This document shows positions 1-4,103 of a DNA stretch of 5,879 nt, piece by piece (position 1 is the first letter of the stretch; each line of letters starts with the position of its first letter). The position numbers and the translations under genes were made by a program. The stretch lies in the NCBI GenBank assembly GCA_005191425.1, contig SUPR01000162.1, positions 1-5,879 on the forward strand. The letters run 5' to 3'. Source of the stretch: Candidatus Helarchaeota ASGARD archaeon Hel_GB_B. Lineage in GTDB: Archaea > Asgardarchaeota > Lokiarchaeia > Helarchaeales > HEL-GB-B. The notes below the pieces were generated by a model. The model was not told the DNA's origin, searched no databases, and was given only the letters and a program-made list of their open reading frames with translations.

Positions 1-489
1 AATATATATGAAGTAATTGGGCCATTATTAGTTGTTGGATTTGGGACTTCAGTGATGGGGCTTTTTCTCGACCCATTAATAGTAGATGTAGCAGATGTAG
101 ATGAATTAAGGACAGGGGTACGCAGAGAGGCTGCTTATTTTGGAATTAATGCCTTGATAACTAAACCAGCTGAATCGTTCGCTGCTATATCCTTAACCAG
201 TTTACTCGCTTTATTCTCGTTTGTCCAGCCCATTATTGATGAACATGGAAACGCTATTCCACAACCCCAACCACTATCTGCAATATTTGGAATTAGATTT
301 GTTATGAGTTTGTTTCCAATTATTATCGTTATTATTAGCACCTTATTTGCGTATTTCTATCCGCTTGATGGGAACAAATACAAAAAAATGAAATTGGAAA
401 TCAAAAAACTCCATGAACAAAAAGAGAAAGAGCTTGTAAAAAAACTCGCAAATAAACAAATAATAAACCCCGACGATTTGGAAGGATGA
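1..489 (+). CDS. MFS transporter, GPH / Na+:melibiose symporter-like (MFS_2) family, C-terminal part (5'-truncated by window edge)
   Basis: Frame 1 is open from base 1 (NIYEVIGPLLVVGFGTSVMGLFLDPLIVD...) to TGA at 487-489, so the track start at 52 is internal. It contains the GPH loop motif DVADVDELRTGVRREAAYFG, hydrophobic helices, the closing IRFVMSLFP...YPL segment and a charged cytoplasmic tail. Confidence 0.9.
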   Translation, partial: NIYEVIGPLLVVGFGTSVMGLFLDPLIVDVADVDELRTGVRREAAYFGINALITKPAESFAAISLTSLLALFSFVQPIIDEHGNAIPQPQPLSAIFGIRFVMSLFPIIIVIISTLFAYFYPLDGNKYKKMKLEIKKLHEQKEKELVKKLANKQIINPDDLEG

Positions 490-764
490 TATTTAATATT
501 AATCATGCCCACTATTGTCTTCAATGCAAATAAAGTGCCTTCTCTTTTATAGTTAAAACCTGGGTAGGTTAATTAATTTGTATTTTTTAATTCCGATAAA
601 GCGGTAAAGAATTTCCATTATAATCTATTTATTTGGTCGTTAAATTATTTTTTTCTAAATAGTATCCACGTAAAATGTATTCTAGGAATTTCATTACCAC
701 TTATTTTTAACGTAAAAGATTTTAAACATAATTGAAGGGTCTGCTCTGCATAAAATAAGTTAAA

Positions 765-998
765 TCATGGTAATTCTTAGTATGTAAAGTTAGGACAAAT
801 TATAAAAATATTAAAATAGAGATGAAGGTTTACAATTGAGAATTTTAGCCTCTTGATAATAACTATATTTAGAAATTTTGATATATTTCTATTCAATATT
901 CTTTATATCCTTTAGATATATCGACTTTAAGGAATTTTTCCTGATAGTAATTTTCTGAAGAAAAAATGAAATTATTTATAAATTTTTATGGGATAACG
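765..998 (+). repeat. Degenerate non-coding direct repeat, copy A (upstream of the protease gene)
   Basis: 783-840 aligns without gaps to 3827-3884 at 43/58 identity (hand count). The copies share exact TTTACAATTGAG (829-840 / 3873-3884) and exact CAATATTCTTTATATCC (894-910 / 3937-3953) at offsets 65 and 64, plus a further similar block at 969-998 / 4014-4043 (offsets 140 and 141). Outer boundaries are approximate. Confidence 0.75.
894..910. promoter_or_regulatory. Conserved 17-mer with TATA-like core (copy A)
   Basis: CAATATTCTTTATATCC is identical at 3937-3953. It reads TTTATAT on the + strand and GGATATAAAG on the - strand, so orientation is ambiguous. Confidence 0.35.
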
Positions 999-1129
999 GA
1001 ATTTGAAAAAAGTCAAATTATTAAAATTTGGTATAAAATTAGGAATAAGATAAAAAGGTAAAGTAAAAATAGTAATTAGAGAGATATTGTGCCATTTAAT
1101 AAGGAAAAAAGCATAGGGATTTTAGAAAG

Positions 1130-2431
1130 ATGAGCGAGGGAATAGTAGAGATAGAGAGTAAAATATTAAGTAGTGCCGACCCATTTAGGTGTGCTATTAG
1201 CTTAATAAAAGAGAAGATTAAAGAATTAGAGGGCTATACGGGTTCGTATTGGGTCGTATATTGGGCAGATGTAGATAATCATTATGCTGGGGACGGAAAT
1301 TTAATTATAAATGAGGACTTAGAGATTTTCAGGGATATGCTGAGGGATGTTAAAGGAGGGACGCTTTTTTTAGATATAACAAGTCCGGGTGGAAAGGTTG
1401 ACGCAGCGGAAGCCATAATTTCATATTTAACATCAAAATTTAAAAGTATAAAAATCGTTGTTCCACATATTGCAAAATCAGCGTCTACTTTATTATGTCT
1501 TCTTGCTCGAGAGATATATATGGGTGATTATTCATTTATTGGTCCAATTAGTCCTCTTGTAGGTAAAGAAAATGAAGATGCAGTCCACAAAATAGAGGAA
1601 TTCAGATATATTGAATCTCTATTTAAAAAAACAGCTTTTGAGTTGTCCAAAATTGTGAGCGAGAAATTGCCTGAAAAGATAAAAAAAGATACTCAAGGTC
1701 CAAATGGGTTAGAAAACAATTTAGATAATATAATTTCAGAAAATATAGCTAATAATAAGGAAAGTATAGAGCAATTTTCCGAATTATTCTCAAATTTAAT
1801 GGCGTCAATTTATATGCCAATATTAAAAATGGAGTATCCATTGTATGAAGCAGAAGAGGCATTGAGAATTATCAGAGAGGTCGGGTTGAAAGCGTTTAAA
1901 TGGTCAAATAGATTTAATAAAGTAATAAATGATGAGGAGCTTACTAAGATTATTGATAATTTGTTAAGAAAAGACGATAGACCAATCAGACATACAAAAT
2001 ATATATCAAAAAAAGAAGCAAAAATTATCGGACTTAATATTATAGACCTTGAAGACCATAAAAATGTGGAGAATAACGTGATTTATATTCAAAACGTATT
2101 ACGAGTATTGAACTCAAATTATAATATTATAAAATTTGTAATAGCAGGTAATGGTCAGTTTAGATTCACTATAGAGAAGAAAATAGGATTCAACGATTCT
2201 ATTAACAAAAATTTTACGGGCAATATTAATCATTTGAAGGCTCAAGAATTTATAAATTACGCGCATACTAGTATAGATAAAACCTTTTCAAGGTTTTTGC
2301 CTTCAATTTCTTCGAGATTAGCGGAAAAAAGTTCTATTAATGATAAAATAACTGATGTTAATAAAATTCAACTCCAAAAAATGATAGAACTATGGGATAA
2401 TGAATATGACGATATCTGGGACGACTTATAA
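1130..2431 (+). CDS. SDH-family Clp-fold serine proteinase (SDH_sah/DUF114-like), divergent, with helical insertion and C-terminal extension
   Basis: 433 aa ORF with family motifs in the expected order: TSPGGKVDAAEAI, IVVPHIAKSAST (nucleophile Ser117, codon 1478-1480), EIYMGDYSFIGPISP (family GPIDP; Asp replaced by Ser141), and RHTKYISKKEAKIIGLNI (His288, codon 1991-1993). Confidence 0.85.
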   Translation: MSEGIVEIESKILSSADPFRCAISLIKEKIKELEGYTGSYWVVYWADVDNHYAGDGNLIINEDLEIFRDMLRDVKGGTLFLDITSPGGKVDAAEAIISYLTSKFKSIKIVVPHIAKSASTLLCLLAREIYMGDYSFIGPISPLVGKENEDAVHKIEEFRYIESLFKKTAFELSKIVSEKLPEKIKKDTQGPNGLENNLDNIISENIANNKESIEQFSELFSNLMASIYMPILKMEYPLYEAEEALRIIREVGLKAFKWSNRFNKVINDEELTKIIDNLLRKDDRPIRHTKYISKKEAKIIGLNIIDLEDHKNVENNVIYIQNVLRVLNSNYNIIKFVIAGNGQFRFTIEKKIGFNDSINKNFTGNINHLKAQEFINYAHTSIDKTFSRFLPSISSRLAEKSSINDKITDVNKIQLQKMIELWDNEYDDIWDDL

Positions 2432-2533
2432 AGTTGGAGGTCCCTTTTATAGATTTCTCAGTTATTTATTAGCGAGTAAAAAAAGTCCAAGCGTTATGAT
2501 TTGTATCATATAAATCGTTAGCCGTTTCTAATT

Positions 2534-2550
2534 CTCTTTTTGCCTCTTTT
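2534..2550 (+). terminator. Possible archaeal oligo-T terminator after the protease gene
   Basis: Pyrimidine tract CTCTTTTTGCCTCTTTT about 100 nt after the stop. Weak evidence in AT-rich DNA. Confidence 0.25.
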
Positions 2551-2600
2551 ATCTAATCTTGTGATCGATTCATTTCTAAAAAATGATTGAATAAGTTTAT

Positions 2601-2633
2601 GAAAACATATATAAATAAGAAATTAACGAGGTG
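2601..2633 (+). promoter_or_regulatory. Putative archaeal BRE/TATA element and SD-like motif of the wHTH gene
   Basis: Purine-rich GAAAAC followed by TATATAAA (2608-2615), about 25-30 nt upstream of ATG 2640, and GAGGTG at 2628-2633. The TATA spacing would give a near-leaderless transcript, so the two signals may not both be functional. Confidence 0.45.
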
Positions 2634-2639
2634 GTAATA

Positions 2640-3143
2640 ATGGTAGAAGAAGAAATTCAAATCAACAAGATTTTCGATTCAGATTTTAGTGAAAAATATG
2701 ATATAGGGCTGGAGGAATTTATTTTAGTTTTTCTTAGATCATTTGAAAATGATATGATCAAAGGTAAGACGCGATTTCAGAAATTAATATATTTAATAAA
2801 TAAGGAACACAAGATATTTAATGAATTAAATTATTACAGATATTATTATGGGCCATATTCTGATGCTTTAGAAGATGCGCTTAGAAATCTTAGGATAAAT
2901 AGGTTAATAGATGAACGGACCACATATTTTGATGATACGGGTTTAAATTTTCAAATAGATTTAAAATTATCGGAGAAAGGAATTCAAAAAGCTGAGGAAA
3001 TAAAACAAAAATTAGGAGAAAAATTTGGACCTTTGGAAAAAATTATAGAAACTACAATAAAAGAGAATAATTTTCATAGTATGCCTTTAAAAAAACTTCT
3101 TAAAATAGTTTATGAAAAAGCAGGGTATAGTAAAAGGATTTAA
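2640..3143 (+). CDS. YwgA / Panacea (DUF4065, SocA-like) winged-helix protein, candidate antitoxin or regulator
   Basis: Contains IKGKTRFQKLIYL and YYRYYYGPYSDALEDALRNL, matching the G.T..QKL.YL ... Y.YGPYS..L...L..L signature of this wHTH group. ATG 2640 is preferred over the track's GTG 2631 because GAGGTG (2628-2633) is an SD-like motif 6 nt upstream. Confidence 0.78.
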   Translation: MVEEEIQINKIFDSDFSEKYDIGLEEFILVFLRSFENDMIKGKTRFQKLIYLINKEHKIFNELNYYRYYYGPYSDALEDALRNLRINRLIDERTTYFDDTGLNFQIDLKLSEKGIQKAEEIKQKLGEKFGPLEKIIETTIKENNFHSMPLKKLLKIVYEKAGYSKRI

Positions 3144-3722
3144 TGAAAGGTAATTAAATATTTTACAGACGTGTTAATAATTGGAAAAATCTGTGAGAGA
3201 GAAAATAAAACATTAAAGGACTTATTAGATAAAAATTTAGGTGTGAATTTATTCGCCAGAAATTTATAAAAAAGGTTATTATCATCACAAAGAAATATAT
3301 TATTAGAGGACCAGAGAGTAAAAAGTTTTATGGATAAGAATAAGCCATATTTATACGATAAAAAAATAGAATTAATTCAAGATTTGAATAAGGATATTTC
3401 TAATTTTTCTGAAATTACAAATTCGACGGATTTAAACCGGAATTTACCATATATTTTGATAGATATACCAAAAATCAGAAAATTTAAAGATATAGAATTT
3501 GTTATTGCAGATCCGGATTATCCTGAAAGTGAAGAAGTTAGAAGTCTGAAATATGTGGGACGAATATTAAGAAATTTAGACCCGAAATTTGAAATTATCC
3601 CAACTATTGCGTATGTTTTCGTTCAAAATAAAGATAACATGCATTTAATTGAAAAAATAAAGGAAGAGGTAATTGCATTTTTTAGAGATAGGTTCAATAT
3701 ACCTAATTTTTGGAAAAATTAA
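3143..3722 (+). pseudogene. Remnant of a SAMHD1/COG1078-like HD-superfamily dNTP triphosphohydrolase (C-terminal half only; HD domain absent; internal stop)
   Basis: The frame of ORF 3330-3722 extends upstream to 3147 as KVIKYFTDVLIIGKICERENKTLKDLLDKNLGVNLFARNL*KRLLSS, with one TAA at 3267-3269. The (L/F)TD...LKD...RNL(Y/F)K pattern resembles the HD-associated region of SAMHD1-like enzymes, and the later ILIDIPK ... SL...L ... AYVFV fits their C-terminal lobe. No HD catalytic motif was found. ATG 3143 overlaps the upstream TAA but encodes only MKGN*. Confidence 0.65.
3330..3722 (+). CDS. Residual 130 aa ORF (C-terminal lobe of the HD phosphohydrolase remnant); independent expression uncertain
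   Basis: Intact ORF in the track. It is the distal part of the longer interrupted reading frame described above. Confidence 0.4.
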   Translation: MDKNKPYLYDKKIELIQDLNKDISNFSEITNSTDLNRNLPYILIDIPKIRKFKDIEFVIADPDYPESEEVRSLKYVGRILRNLDPKFEIIPTIAYVFVQNKDNMHLIEKIKEEVIAFFRDRFNIPNFWKN

Positions 3723-3763
3723 ATAATTAGAGTTTTTACAAATTTCATTGCTATAATTTATGA

Positions 3764-3770
3764 TTTTTTT
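3764..3770 (+). terminator. Possible oligo-T terminator after the wHTH / HD-remnant unit
   Basis: T7 run about 40 nt after the TAA at 3720-3722. Weak evidence. Confidence 0.25.
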
Positions 3771-3806
3771 AAAATTGGTATTTAACAGAAATATCAAGTC
3801 CATTTC

Positions 3807-4043
3807 TCATGGGAGGTAGAATTAATTGTAAAGTTTAAGTAAATTAAAGTAATTTTAAGATAACAATGAATATTTACAATTGAGTATCCCAATTTTTTGT
3901 AGTATTTCTATTAAATAATATTTATTAAAGTTTACCCAATATTCTTTATATCCCCAAAAATATGCTTTAGCATTGAAGAGTATTTCTTATTTTGGACCTA
4001 TGAAAGAGGAGTAAAATCATTTAAATATTTTATCGAGTAAACG
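3807..4043 (+). repeat. Degenerate non-coding direct repeat, copy B (upstream of the LRR gene)
   Basis: Colinear partner of 765-998, with the same conserved blocks and near-identical spacing. Confidence 0.75.
3937..3953. promoter_or_regulatory. Conserved 17-mer with TATA-like core (copy B)
   Basis: Identical to 894-910. Confidence 0.35.
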
Positions 4044-4103
4044 ATAAAAAATTCTAGAAATGGTTTAGATTATGAAGTATTATTTACAAGGAAGAGATAG
4101 TTT

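Noticed and set aside
135-341. 68 aa minus-strand ORF in the track
   Set aside because: Antisense shadow of the transporter CDS, which has clear family motifs on the + strand.
557-570. Small hairpin AACCT-GGGT-AGGTT after the transporter gene
   Set aside because: A 5-bp stem is too weak to call a terminator.
705-765. Possible integron attC site (TTTTAAC ... GTTAAAT, 61 bp); also GTTAGCC at 2517-2523
   Set aside because: No complementary L boxes or internal stem, the site is over 200 bp from the upstream stop, and the 2517 motif has no upstream RYYYAAC partner. Consistent with chance in AT-rich DNA.
966-1061. 31 aa small ORF MKLFINFYGITEFEKSQIIKIWYKIRNKIKR
   Set aside because: Length is compatible with chance, it has no recognisable motif, and the frame is not preserved in repeat copy B.
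2640-3722. Stop-codon readthrough or recoded fusion of the wHTH and HD remnant (same frame)
   Set aside because: It would need readthrough of tandem TAA-TGA plus another TAA. TAA and TGA terminate the other genes here, so there is no sign of an alternative genetic code.
765-4043. CRISPR array or IS element as the explanation for the repeats
   Set aside because: Only two long, degenerate copies about 3 kb apart, no regular repeat-spacer pattern, and no transposase, terminal inverted repeats or target-site duplication identified.
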